Source: Octopus sinensis (taxonomy: Eukaryota). Taken from it: a stretch of 64,000 nt of DNA. This document shows positions 25,595 through 37,885 of the stretch, one piece after another. Positions within the stretch are counted from its first letter, which is position 1. Each line of letters begins with the position of its first letter. The stretch is from positions 70,990,001-71,054,000 of the forward strand of contig NC_043002.1 of NCBI RefSeq assembly GCF_006345805.1, read 5' to 3'. The position numbers and the translations under genes were made by a program. Below the pieces are notes generated by a model, which was not told the DNA's origin, did no database searches, and saw only the letters and a program-made list of their open reading frames with translations.

Positions 25595-26373
25595 TTATTG
25601 TATGGAAAGTGTTCTGCGTAGGATGTGTGCAGTGCCTAGTAGTGCAATTTTCTGTATGTTATATGTGTTTGTAAGTCCTGGTGTTTTTGTTATGTATTTG
25701 TCTGAATATTTTTTTATCATGCCTAATGCACCTACTATGATAGGAATTGTTTCTGTTTTCAGATTCCACATTCTAGTTACCTCAATTTCCAGGTCTTTGT
25801 ATTTTGAGAGTTTCTCCATTTCTTTTAGAGACACGTTGTCATCAGCCGGTATTGATACATCAATTAGAAAGCATTTTTTTCTTCAAGGTCTCTGACAACT
25901 ATATCTGGTCTGTTGGCCTTAATTTCTCTATCTGTGTGTATCGGCATATCCCAGAGTATGCTTGCTTTCTCGTTTTCTGTGACCTTTTCTGGTGTGTGCC
26001 TATACCATCATTTTTCTGTTGTTATTCCATAATGTTGGCATAGCTTCCAATGTATGTAGGTTCCAACTCTGTCATGTCTGTGAATATATTCCTTCTTAGC
26101 CAGGACTGGGCAGCTAGAGATAATATGATTTATTGTTTCTTGTCCATCTCCACATATTCTGCAGTTACTTGTAATATTTCTTTTCATTACATGTTTTTGG
26201 TAATTTCTGGTGGGGAGGCTTTGGTCTTGTGCTGCAATTAAAAATCCCTCTGTCTCTGCTTTGAGTCCTGAGCTTCTCAACCATTGCTGGGATTTTTCTT
26301 TGTCTATTTCTTTTGCGTTTAGTTTAGTCCAGTATTTACCATGAAGGGGCTTTTCTTGCCATCCTTTTATCAT
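25595..26373 (-). pseudogene. Zinc knuckle and restriction-like endonuclease (PD-(D/E)xK) of the R4/Dong element
   Basis: CRICGDGQETINHIISSC, YIHRHD, then after a frameshift WDMPIHTDREIKANRPDIVV...LIDVSIP...KEMEKLSKYKDL...PIIVGALG. Confidence 0.9.
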
Positions 26374-26725
26374 GGTTTCTTTGCTGTTCTATTTTTAGTT
26401 TGGATTTCATTCGTTTTATAGCTTTTGTTGTTTCTTCATCTTCTTCTTCTTCTTCATGTTTATTAGGTGGTATGATTTCTTGTTTGTATTTGTCAGCTTC
26501 CTTAAATACTGTGAATAGTTTTTTGTTTTGCTCGTGTTTTGCCGCTATCTGGATCAGTTTTCCTTCCTTCTGAAGTAGATATTTTTGCAGTCCTATGGTG
26601 GTTATTTTATAGTAGTTTTCCAGCTGTATAAGGCCTCTACCACCTTCTATACGTTGTATATATAGTCTTTCTATGTCAGATTTTGGGTGATGCATCCTAG
26701 ATCCTGTCATTATTTTTCTTGTTTT

Positions 26726-28009
26726 CTAATCTATTTTGGTCAGTACATTTAGTGTCCAGTTAACGATATTGTAGCTGTAACTTATAACTGGGACAGCTAA
26801 AGTGTTAATACCTATTATCTTGTTTTTAGCATTGAGCTCTGTTTTTAGTATTGATCGAACTCGTCTATTATATTCTTTTTTTATTTTCTCTTTCATTAGT
26901 GTGTGTTGTGTCTTATCTAGTTCATGGATTCCCAAGTATTTGTAAGTTTGGCTTTGGTATAATTCTTTTATTTCATTGGTTTTATCTAGTGTGATGTTAC
27001 TACTCTTAACTAGTTTTCCTCTTTTCATGGTTACTTTGGCGCATTTTTCTAATCCAAATTTCATATCTATTTCTTTGGTAAATCCATGAACTGTCTTTAA
27101 TAGTGTTTCCAGCTGTTTGTCATTTGCAGCGTACAGTTTTTGGTCATCCATATATAAAAGGTGGCTGATCGTTTTGCCGTAACATTTATATCCGCATCCA
27201 GTTCTATTTAGCATATCAGATAGAGGTGACAGTGCCAAGCAGAAAAGGAGTGGAGAGAGCGTGTCTCCCTGGAATATTCCTCTTCTAATGGGGATGGCTT
27301 TGGTTTTCATGAGTCCCTCTTTTGTTTGGAGCTGTAGCACGGTTTGCCATTTATTCATAGAGTGCCCTATGAATTTTATGATTGTTGGTGCTACTTTGTT
27401 AATGGCTAGTGTTTCGAGGATCCATGTGTGGGGGATGCTATCAAACGCCTTTTTGTAATCAATCCAGGCCATAATGAGGCCTTTCTTCTTTCTGTGGCTG
27501 TCTTCAGTCATGGCTTTATTAATCATTAGTTGATCTTTACAGCCATATGAGCCTTTGCGGCATCCTTTCTGCTCTTCTGGGAACAGTTTATTTTCGTCCA
27601 GGTGCTTGTTCAGCCTTTGCGATATCACTGCAGTAAATGCCTTGAGCATTGTAGGGAGACAGGTTATTGGTCTGTAGTTTTCTGGTTTTGATGTCTCATT
27701 TGATTTGGGAATTAAGATGGTTTTCCACTTCGTGAGCCATTCAGGCATTGTCTCTGGCTCTGCTAGCATGCTGTTAAAGTTTTCAGCCAGCTTTTTGTGC
27801 ATTCCTGTTAGATATTTCAACCAGAAGTTGGGGATTTTGTCATGCCCACGTGCCTTCCAGTTGCTTAGTCTTTGCAGTGCCTGGGTGACCTCTTCAGTTG
27901 TTATGGGGGGTCCAAAGTTGCTCAGATGCTGGAGTTTGTTGTTTTGATACTCCTTTTTTTTTTTTGGTTGCTCGTTCGCCGACCATATTTCTCTCCAGAA
28001 TTCTTCCAA
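26726..28009 (-). pseudogene. Reverse transcriptase domain of the R4/Dong element
   Basis: NYRPITCLPT, EQKGCRKGS, WIDYKKAFDSIPH, RGIFQGDTLSPLLF, HLLYMDD, YKYLG. Confidence 0.93.
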
Positions 28010-28840
28010 TTCTTCTGCCGTTGGTGCTGCAGTGATTTCTATTTTATTTTTGTCAAGTTCTTGGTAGAACTTTTTGGGGTTGGAGTTGAACTTTTTGTTT
28101 TGTTCAAAGAAGTGCTGGCGTTTCTCCTACCGGCGGATCTTTTGTGCTTTGGCAAGGATATCTTGCTTCAGCTTTTCTTTTATCTCAGGTAAATCTTTTT
28201 CTGTGATGTTATATTTGCGGAGTATTTTTGTTTTCTTTTTGTTGTTCAGTAGCTTTGATTGTGTGCTGACTTCATTAAGAATCGACAGATCTTTTCTCAT
28301 TTTTTGTATTTTGTTTTGGATGTTATTTATCCACAGGGTTTGATTGGGTGGTGGTACTCCTGTTTGGATGGGTTCGAGTGAGTATCCAGCTTCTTTTGTG
28401 GCTGCAGTGGCTGCTGCGTATATTAAGTCATTTAGCTCAGTGATATCGCTTTTTGTTTCAGTGGCTATTAGTTCCGTGACGGCTAGGTTTATGCTGTTTA
28501 TAATTGGTGTTGTTGTTTCGTCTATTTTGATTCTTGGGAGGTATGGTCGGTGGTCCATTTTGGTCTCTGTGGTTTTCAGTTCTTTGATTATTTTACTTTT
28601 TATATTATCATAATCATTAAGCTCCCCTTCGTTGTTTACATCGTGTTTGTTGGGAATGTTGCGTTTGTCTTCGTGTTTTACTGTTTCAGTGTTTATATCA
28701 TTGGGCATTGTTATGTGGCTTCTATCAACAGTTTCCTGGTGTATTTTTTCTTTTATATGTTCTATTTCTATTTCTGATATTTTTTTTTTCGTTGAAAATG
28801 TATCTTCGTACGTTAGCTAATTTATTAGGGTTCATTGATG

Positions 28841-28846
28841 TTATTA

Positions 28847-28907
<61 letters not shown>

Positions 28908-28912
28908 TTATT
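28841..28912. repeat. (ATT)n microsatellite at the 5' junction of the Dong-like element
   Basis: Directly visible. Confidence 0.95.
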
Positions 28913-29026
28913 AGTGTTTCAATTATTACCATAATTATGTATGGGATGACAGCCTATGAATATGCTTTAAAATTTTCTCATATGAGATTTAACACAAAGA
29001 AACTTAGTGAAGTATCGAAGAAAAAT

Positions 29027-29072
<46 letters not shown>

Positions 29073-29100
29073 TATATATATATGTATATATATACATATA

Positions 29101-29508
29101 TTAGGTGGTTCAAAAAATAGTGCCCGATTTCAGAAACATTTTATTCTGGAAAAATTAACAATAGAAATGTTTTGATTAGTAAAAGTATGAGCCGTGAATA
29201 TCTATACACCTTTGCCATCGATCAATGGGATTATGTATGGCTCGTTGATATAAATATATTGGCTTTGATGCTAAGAACTCTTTGAAACCTGATTCCACCT
29301 CTGGTTTGGACTTGAAAGTTTTAACACGTAAAAACGTGTTTAAATGTTTTTAAAAATGGTTGTCAGTGGAAGAATATGAAGGTTGTGTTTAAGTCTCATA
29401 TCCCACGTCTGTGAATTTCTGCAGCCTTATTCTTGCAACATGTGGCCTAGCATTATCGTAGAGCAGAATTGGGACACGCCGATTCACCAATGCTGGTCTC
29501 GTTGTATA
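29101..29508 (-). mobile_element. Mariner transposon 3' fragment (transposase C-terminus and TIR)
   Basis: Minus-strand translation RPALVNRRVPILLYDNARPHVAR...TDNH/FKHLNTFL...EFLASK...RWQRCID; TIR-like TTAGGTGGTTCAAAAA adjacent to TA at 29099-29100. Confidence 0.85.
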
Positions 29509-31220
29509 GCAGTTTTGAAGTTTTTCACATATCGGTTGGTGGTGTGAAGCATTTCCTGAAGTTTATTCAAAAGAGGCATTTTTGTTCAGGGTGCCATCGG
29601 AGCTCGGCGAGCCGTTTGCTCATTGGTATATTCAATAAAGTACATTTGAAGGAATTGGTGTTCAGCGTTGTTGACAGGAAGAAAAGAGCCTATCCGATGA
29701 TAGGATTAACTCTGAATATTGAACGTTGGCATACAGGAGTTTTCATGAAAGGGTTTGTGATTGAAACTTATCATCTGGAAGGCAGAATTATAAGCGAGAA
29801 TTTTCTGTTTCTGTTGCTGCTAATCAGGATGTTGACCAAGGAGTAAAATGAGCAATGACTGAGGAGTGTTTCACAGGTCAGGCAAGCGAACCTTTCCGTT
29901 TGTGCAGCATAGGCTCCTGGATTCTCCAACCCACTTGAGGGCCTTGCAAAATGGACATATTACAGGCATATCACTCGTAACAGTCACTCGATGAATGGCG
30001 TAATCCTTTGTACGATCATAGCTGAGTGCCTTTGATGCCCATTGACTACTCGATGGCTTCCAGTAGCCATTGGCAAGAACCTTCCGTTGAACATAAAACT
30101 GAAGTCTCATCATTCGATGGTTATTATCATCTGTCAACCCTGCAACAGAAGTTAATGCAGCGTTCCGTGCCCAACGGATAGAACTCTCTTCTGTGGCTTC
30201 TTCTGTCCTTGTGTCAGCAGCACGCACCCGATAGGATTCGCGCTGCTCTGGAGTAGTCGGAGCTCTAGCAGCGGCAGCTTTCTTCAACTGTTTACAGAAC
30301 CTCTAGTCCTCAGTTTCATTAGCCTGCCAGGACTGCTGCCTTGCCGCTACAGAAGACTCTTTGCCAATGCGTGCTCTGTTTTTAGGTGGCACACTTGTAT
30401 TATCGGGAAAAGAAAAATGGATTTTAGTGTACCAAGTGATTATCGATTCTATTATAAGCTAACAAAAGCTTCTTTATTTCGTGTTCCCACAGAGCCTGCG
30501 AATGCCGTATAAAGTGAAATTTGTATGGGGATTTCTAAAAGATACGTACAGCTTTTGCTAGAGACGAATCAAATGATATTGCGTTAAAAAAGTCTAAAAC
30601 GACAATGCTAAAACGTGTTTGAAACAATGGAGAATAGTTGAAATAAAACATCCTTAAAGTGAAACTTCGCATTGGTAGGTAAACAAAGGTATTAACAAAT
30701 TGAATGGAGGAAAGAGAACATCACTCTTCAAATAACTCAGAATAGGTAAAGGTAACCTGCAGCTTAAGCATGGAGATTAAGATTGTTTGGTATTGAATAT
30801 TCACAGCGTACAGTGTTCCTAGTCCATTTAATCACAGTCACAGGTGGACAGTCGAAATAAATAAATGGACAAAATCCTTTCACTTTTTTTAATATTCTCG
30901 AACCAAAATCTCAAACAATACACAGCAATAAACATATAAAACTATACAGAAAGTAATAATACAAAATTACAACATAAAAATAAATAATAAATTTTAAAAT
31001 TTGATAACCATTTTAAAATATACTAATATAAGACCATATAGGTTAAAATGTATGGAAGACACTACATACAAAAACCGCGGAGCTCTGGACAAAATGTTAC
31101 AGTGCATGACCATAATTGGGACATAATGTGTGCGTAAAGTTTCGTGAAAATCGGTTGAGAATTGTGGAAATGTATGTGTTAGTCATTATACACAAACATA
31201 CTGCGATTTATATATACTTG
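29505..31220 (-). mobile_element. Autonomous-type Helitron 5' portion (5' end and N-terminus of Rep/Helicase), truncated
   Basis: 5' end TCAAGTATATATAAATCGCAG...CCGATTTTCACGAAACTTT; coding relic from about 30392 (VPPKNRARIG), CPFCKALKWVGE..CCTNGKVRLPDL, YNSAFQMISF, YHRIGSFLP, FLQMYF, LQEMLHTTNRYVKNFKTA. Confidence 0.85.
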
Positions 31221-31275
31221 ATATATATACATAAGTATGTATACACATATGTGTGTATATATATATATATATATA

Positions 31276-31310
<35 letters not shown>

Positions 31311-31473
31311 AATATATACATCTGGGTATATATATATGCATATATATATACATATATATATATATATACATATATATAGATACAGGCATATATACACTAG
31401 GACAGCTAGAGTGTGTGACGCCACCGCACCCCACAAAAAACATATTGTCTACAACAGAGCGAAAAGTTTTTTG

Positions 31474-31507
<34 letters not shown>

Positions 31508-31513
31508 GCTGAA

Positions 31514-31880
31514 GGTGACCCGCTCTACGCGCGGGTAAGGGTGTGGGTGTTACTTTCTGTTGCTTCCTTTCAGCACGTAAAAAGCACCATCCGAACGTGG
31601 CCGATTGCAGCACCGCCTTGACTTGCTTCTGTGCTGGTGGCACGTAAAAAGCACCAACCGATCGTTGCCACTGCGAGCCCCCCTGGCACCAGTGCCCTCG
31701 GCACGAAAAAAGCACTACTACACTCACAGTGTGGTTGGCGTTAGGAAGGTCATCCACCTGTAGAAACACTGCCAGATCAGACTGGAGCCTGGTGCAGCCT
31801 CCTGGCTTCCGAGACCCGGTCACACTGCCCAACCCGTGCTAGCACGGAAAACGGACGTTAACGATGATGATGATGATGAT
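31514..31880 (+). mobile_element. Retroposon 3' region with three CACGTAAAAAGCAC(C) motifs and (GAT)n tail
   Basis: GC-rich, threefold internal motif, TGGTTGGCGTTAGGAAGG.CATCCA, ends ACGTTAACGATGATGATGATGAT. Confidence 0.7.
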
Positions 31881-32702
31881 TCTCCGTATTTGTTTCTCTC
31901 TCCTTCTCTCTCACTTTCCCACTCTTACTTTTCTTTTCTCTCTGACTCTCCCTCGCTTTCTCTTACTCTCTATCTTTATCTATCTCTCTCCCATTTATAA
32001 ACAACAGAAGATCTTGAGTAAGTTGAGAAATAAAATATTTAGAAAGATCAATCAGAAATATGAGGCAGTGGCAATGGAAAGGTCTGCTTCAAGGCAGACA
32101 GCAAAACGCTAACATTCAAAAGGGACAGACGAACTTGCGAGCTGAATAAAAATAATAAAATATTGGAAACCAAAGTTTGAAGGGATAGAATCTGAGGATA
32201 GTAGAGTCACCATGGCTGGCATTTGTTAACGACGGACAGCAACGTAGTGACAGTTTAACGGCTGGCGTAAAATTTTGAACTTGATGTAAAAGAAAATTCG
32301 TAAACACCAATTTTTGAAGTGATTCTTTCTCACGACAGTAGACTCACCATGGCAAGCATTCAAAACTTCTTTATCATGGACGGCAACACATTGACGATTA
32401 AAAGGCTGGCGCAAATTTTTTAGCTTGATGCAACAGAGAATTCCTAAACACCCGCTCTTTGAAATTTAATCCCCTTCCAGCCCCATTTAGACCCCTTTTC
32501 ACATTTTGGTTAATATAACCCGATTTCATTCGGGGGTGTACTGGGGCCACATTTTATAAGATGAGGAATTTTGTCCTAGAGGTGACGCCTTTCATTTGAG
32601 GAACAAAATAGTTGTGATGCAAACTTGTCAGCACCTTTAACATAGGTGTGCATATTTTCAGGTGAATCGACCGACTACGTAATGCACACATATATATATG
32701 TG

Positions 32703-32745
<43 letters not shown>

Positions 32746-32879
32746 GTGTGTGCACGCATTATATATACAAATGTATACAAATGAGATATATATCTGTATA
32801 AAACCACTAATAGGCAAATCAAACAGTGAAAAACCAAAAACAAAAACATAAAAAAAGAAAATATAACATAGAAAATATA

Positions 32880-33391
32880 TCTATATATATAAAACTGTAG
32901 TTGTGTGAGTGTCTGTCCCCTTCTATTTAGATTCCTAACTACTCCCAAATTTTGCGGTGCAGTTTAACCAAATTCGGGTATCTTATAGTCGTGATTCATA
33001 TCGAGCCCGTCTGGGTATTAGCGCGCGTCTACGATGAGTGTACGATTTTAGAATAATTTAACATAATTTTTATTCCATTTTAATGCATATTTTTCGTGTG
33101 TCGATGGCGGCGGAGTTGGCGTCCACGCTCACGCCTGCACCTGTGTGCTTCTCCCCCTTCTTCCCTCCCTCGTGAAGCTGTGGGGAAGGGAGTGTAAGGA
33201 AATCAACGTCGTAAAGCGTTGTCAAGGAGTCCAGCGTTCTTTTAGAACAACGACTTCATGGCTTGAAGTCGCCAAAACAGAAATCGCTAAAAAAGCTGAA
33301 ACAGATCCACAAAAACGGCAATTACCGCCACACAGGGCAGGTTTCCTGTGCAAACAATTTGCACAACCGAATGTTTTAGTTGTTGCACAAA
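32880..33391 (+). mobile_element. Non-autonomous Helitron lacking its own 3' end
   Basis: TCTATATATATAAAACTGTAG start; about 410 bp near-identical to 14509-14925, then diverges. Confidence 0.85.
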
Positions 33392-33891
33392 TCTTTATAT
33401 ATAAAAGTAAGGTTGTGTGTCTGTCTCCTACGATTTAGATTCCTAACTACTCCCACATTTTGCGGTGCAGTGTAACCAAAACCGGGTATCTTATAGTCGT
33501 GATTCATATCGAGCCCTTCTGGGTATTAGCGCGCGTCTACGATGAGTCTACGATTTAAAAAAAAATTTACCATCATTTTTTTATTCCATTTTAATGCATT
33601 TTTCGCTATTATATAAGGGAAGTAACTCTCTAAAAATGTCTACGATGAGTCAACGATTAAAAAAAAAATACCATCATTTTTTTATTCCATTTTAATGCAT
33701 TTTTCGCTATTATATAAGGGAGTAACTCTGTAAAGATGTCTACGATGAGTCAACGATTTAAAAAAGAAATTACTATCATTTTTTATTCCATCTTTAATGC
33801 ATTTTTGCTATTTTTTTTGCTATAACTCACTAAAAATGCTTATATAGTTATTTCCCTTACAAACCCAAGCAACGCCGGGCGATACTGCTAG
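33392..33891 (+). mobile_element. Complete non-autonomous Helitron with three internal ~100-bp repeats
   Basis: TCTTTATATATAAAAG start, CCCAAGCAACGCCGGG hairpin and CTAG end, A|T insertion; units start GTCTACGATGAGTC near 33536, 33638 and 33738. Confidence 0.9.
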
Positions 33892-34039
33892 TAAAATATA
33901 AAATTGAAAACTTTAAATTATTTAAATTGAAAATAAAAATTATGAAATTATATTTATAATTTGTTTTAAAAACATATATAACTATGAAAAAGTATGAAAA
34001 AGTTTAATATACATAAATACAGATATATACACTTTGTAT

Positions 34040-34290
34040 ATATACATTATATATACATATTTATATATAGAAACACACCCACACACACCTACATTATATA
34101 TACATATTTATATATAGAACACACACACACACATACATTATATATACATATTTATATATAGAACACCACACACACATACATTATATATACATATTTATAT
34201 ATAGAACCACACACACACACATACATTATACAATTTATATATGAACACACACACACATACATTATATATACATATATATATAGAAACACA
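34040..34290. repeat. About 42-bp minisatellite, roughly 6 copies
   Basis: Unit TACATTATATATACATATTTATATATAGAA(CA)n. Confidence 0.9.
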
Positions 34291-34559
34291 CACACACACA
34301 TATAAATGAACGCAAGAATATCTGATTCATAATATTTGTTCTCATGCTCGTGTGTTGATGTTGGTGACAGACATATACTTCAAAGAACGCCGCCGAAGTG
34401 ATAGGAAGGTAGGAAACAGAGTCAGTGAAAAAGAAGACAATAGCGATAGTGACAGATACTTTAAATAACCGTAGTGGCATTCTGAAAGTTATAAATGAAG
34501 AGGAGTGACAGAGTACTGGAGGAAATAGGGTGAGGTAGGAAGATGGCCCCTAGAAACCA

Positions 34560-34711
34560 CAGCTTTTAAGATAGGGATTTCTAAGGTAGCCCACGCGCAT
34601 CGTCACCTCATTCTACATGTCCCTGTAAATTTTGGAGCGAATCGGACGGGATGTAGTGGCATTGAAAGCGAACCAAGCGGTAAAAACGCATTTCAGTTTT
34701 ATATATAGAGA
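34560..34711 (-). mobile_element. Helitron 5' terminal fragment
   Basis: Minus strand TCTCTATATATAAAACTGAAATGCG...CCGATTCGCTCCAAAATTT. Confidence 0.5.
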
Positions 34712-34739
34712 TATACATATATACGTACACACACACACG

Positions 34740-34773
<34 letters not shown>

Positions 34774-36527
34774 TGGATGTATGTATGTATGTATGTATGT
34801 ATGCATATTCGCATGCGTATTTGTACGCGTAAATACGTGCCTCATGTCTGCATATCTTGGTTAATGGTTAGAAATATATTCATGTCTAAAGCAAGTAAAA
34901 CGTACAAATTTTAAATGTTGATTCACTATTTTTCATTTATATCAACTTGCGTGTATGTTGTATGTATGTATGTATGTATGTATGTATGTATATATGTATA
35001 TATCTGTGTTTGTATATATACGTGTGCGTGATAGCACTTGCACCTCTGTACGTGTGTATACATATGGGTGTGCATGATTGTGCCATTATCAGTAAATAAA
35101 CTATTTTTGGTGTTTTGTTCTTCCGTTAATTAAATAATATCTCCTCACATAGCTGGTATAGCGTATTCTCAGTATCTACATGAATAATAGACATATAGTT
35201 CATTATATGTTACCAACTATAATGACCTCGAATCTCGACAAGATTTTCTCATTATTGACGTTGTTAATTTTCTCGCAAATGTAATTTGAGTAAATTTATA
35301 TTTTCTCTTGCTTGTTTTCTTGTTCATGTTACTAGCTTGCTGGCTTGCTGCTGCTGATTTGGTTGCTGTCACTGTTGCTAATGTTGTTGTTGTTTTTGTT
35401 GTTGCTGTTTTTGTTGTTGTTGTCGCTCTTGTTATCTTATATTGTTGCTGCTATTAAGTATTTTTCTTGTTATTTTTGCTGATATATTAGGATAATTACT
35501 ATGTTTGTTGAAAAATACAATATAATGTGTCTACCAGACGAAGACGACACTAATTTAAATGATCACAAGAGAAGCCAAAACTTGCTTTCTTTTTCTAAGT
35601 TTCTGGAACACTGAAGCTAAACAATCCAGTACTTCATCAGCTTCCTACAAAGCGTATTGACTTGGGCTCCGGCCCTTAAATACATCTTAGTTATTTTCTA
35701 ATTAAATCTAGTAAATAATGAGAAATAATTTAACAAGACAAATAAATATGAAAAGTGCTTAAAAATGTGTAAGGATGTTAATGAACAACGAAATGAATAT
35801 TTCCAAAGCACACAATAACTTATATAATACAGGTTTACAGCAAAATTAGATACGTTATGCTTTTCTTATCTTAATAAACAGAATTTCTGACAACCAAGAA
35901 ACAATTCCTGTTTAGAAGTGGTTATTGATATAATTTTGGCGTCTAGAATATTTTATTTGTTAGTATTTCGAGGAGAATATATGAATATATATATATATAT
36001 ATATATTACACCGTATTCTATATGAAATAATACAGTTTACATATCAGGTTAAAGGTTCGTCTAGATGCGAAATATTTCGGATTTCAAAATCTCGAGACAA
36101 AATATACTGTAAAATGCAATCAATATCTACTCATCTTGGAGTATGCATACCTCCGTTGTAATTACGCGGCTCACAAAAAAGAAACAAAAGAGGAAGACAG
36201 GTGGTGTAGACAACAAACAGATATATTAGTATAACGCACGTGAAGTGAAAAAGTCTTTAACGTTTCGAGCCTACGCTGTTCCATAGAAAGGAACACAGAA
36301 AGAAACAAGGAGAAAAAATAAATATATATATGTATATATATATATATTGTATATACTACGATATACACGCTCGTGTACACACACATACACACACAACACA
36401 TACACGCACACCCACATGAACTTACGTTATTTAAAATATATTTGCGACATTTTAACTAGTAGACGCAAATTTACTGCAATTATTGAGGAGAAATTTTTTT
36501 CTTTTATGGTGAATGGGGCAATTTACC

Positions 36528-36896
36528 ATATCTGCCCACTGGTTACCCTTATCGGATTCACGTGAGAGACGTTTCTGGTTCTTTAGCCTTGCTAAATGGG
36601 AAATTCCTAAGAGAGGTAACCTTGGGGACAAGAAACAATCAACGTCAGAGACTGAGTTGCGCCGGAGGATCTCCTGGTCGGAGTAAATATAGCAGCATCC
36701 GTGACAAACAGTGATGAGGAATAAACTAAGTTTACGTTAGTCAAAATTCGATTGTCAAAGCTTTTAACGTCTAAATGCAAATTCGTTACAAAGCTTTGAA
36801 TCATTCCAGAATTTTCTTCTAATTGTTATTTCCCATTTAGGGAGGCTAATGAACCAGAAATTGTCATCTCGGATAGAGGGAAACCTGGGCAGATAT
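36528..36896. repeat. Imperfect inverted repeat, 70-77-bp arms, about 220-bp spacer
   Basis: ATATCTGCCCA...TTTCTGGTTCTTTAGCCTTGCTAAATGGGAAAT (36528-36604) versus ATTTCCCATTTAGGGAGGCTAATGAACCAGAAA...TGGGCAGATAT (36828-36896). Confidence 0.8.
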
Positions 36897-37517
36897 TATG
36901 CTTTTATACATGTTACCATCCCTTTTACCAATATAACTGTGTTCCCAGAACACTAAAGATGTTCAAACAGAATGAGATGAAGCCTACAGCATGATGCAAC
37001 AGCCAGGTGGTATGGAGATATCTATGGGAAAAAATCCAAAGCAACTTGCCTCGGCTATTGCTCGAGAAAAATCCGACATTAATTTTGGCATAGTTAGAAT
37101 TACTTCTATAGGCGCTGGTTTGATAGATTATCTTGCCGTTGTCAACACGGGATTTGTCAAAACAACATATAATCCTTCAATATGGAGCTGACAATGGTGT
37201 TGACGGTTTCAATATTAGCCCTGCCTACTCTTCTACATTACTGCAAAAGTATAATGTAACCTGAGGCATTCACTTACCCAGTAGTTTTCCAAAATCCAAA
37301 ACTTGCAGACACTATGCCTGTGAATGATAGTAAATAGTTCTGGTTGGTAGGGATTTACAGTCACTATTGTTCCAATACCGGTATATCATACAGTGATGCA
37401 GCACCTGAATAACAAAGCAAGTTGCGATAACAGTAGACACCGATGTTCGACTATATGAGGCTCCTTAGACTGATGAAATAAAGTAGCCGCTAAGCTATAT
37501 ATATATGTTCATTCATT

Positions 37518-37885
37518 TTTTATTCACTTACTTGTTTCAGTCATTTGACTGTGGACATGCTGGAGCACCGCATTTAGTTGAAGAAATCGACCCAGGACTT
37601 ATTCTTTCTAAGCCTAGTACTTATTCTATCAGTCTGTTTTGCCGAACCGCTAAGTTACGGGGACGTAAACACACCAGCATCGGTTGTGAAGCGATGTTGG
37701 GGGAGGGGGCAAACACAACACACAATACACATATATATATATACATATATACGACGGGCTTCTTTCAGTTTCCGTCTACGAAATCCATTCACAAGATACT
37801 TGCCCAAGGTGCCACGCAGTCAGACTGAACCCGGAACCATGTGGTTCGTAAGCAAGCTACTTACCAAACAGCCACTCCTACGCCT
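37518..37885 (-). mobile_element. SINE family A
   Basis: Reverse complement of the family A consensus with a small internal deletion. Confidence 0.88.

Larger units (their letters stand above)
25498..28843 (-). mobile_element. Near full-length R4/Dong-clade non-LTR retrotransposon (RT + CCHC + RLE endonuclease) in (TAA)n
   Basis: One long reading frame broken into ORFs 28127-28708, 26726-28009, 26336-26710, 26008-26373 and 25595-25834; about 95-nt 3' UTR; (TAA)n on both sides on the sense strand. Confidence 0.93.

Noticed and set aside
25602-28820. Plus-strand ORFs overlapping the Dong-like element
   Set aside because: Antisense shadows of the retrotransposon reading frame.
31570-31720. CRISPR-like repeat-spacer array
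   Set aside because: Only three 14-bp motifs inside a eukaryotic retroposon; no cas genes.
35595-35645. Minus-strand CTGATGA...GAAAC hammerhead candidate
   Set aside because: Stem II is offset from the core and there is no stem III, NUH or stem I pairing.
36251-36290. PLE-type hammerhead relic (AGCGTAGGCTCGAAACGT on minus)
   Set aside because: The GAAAC side is recognisable but the CUGAnGA core is lost; at most a dead PLE terminus.
37278-37317. 40-nt minus-strand exon candidate (cacag / gtaagt)
   Set aside because: Weak pyrimidine tract, no homology, and such signals are expected by chance; the same applies to 21927-21961.
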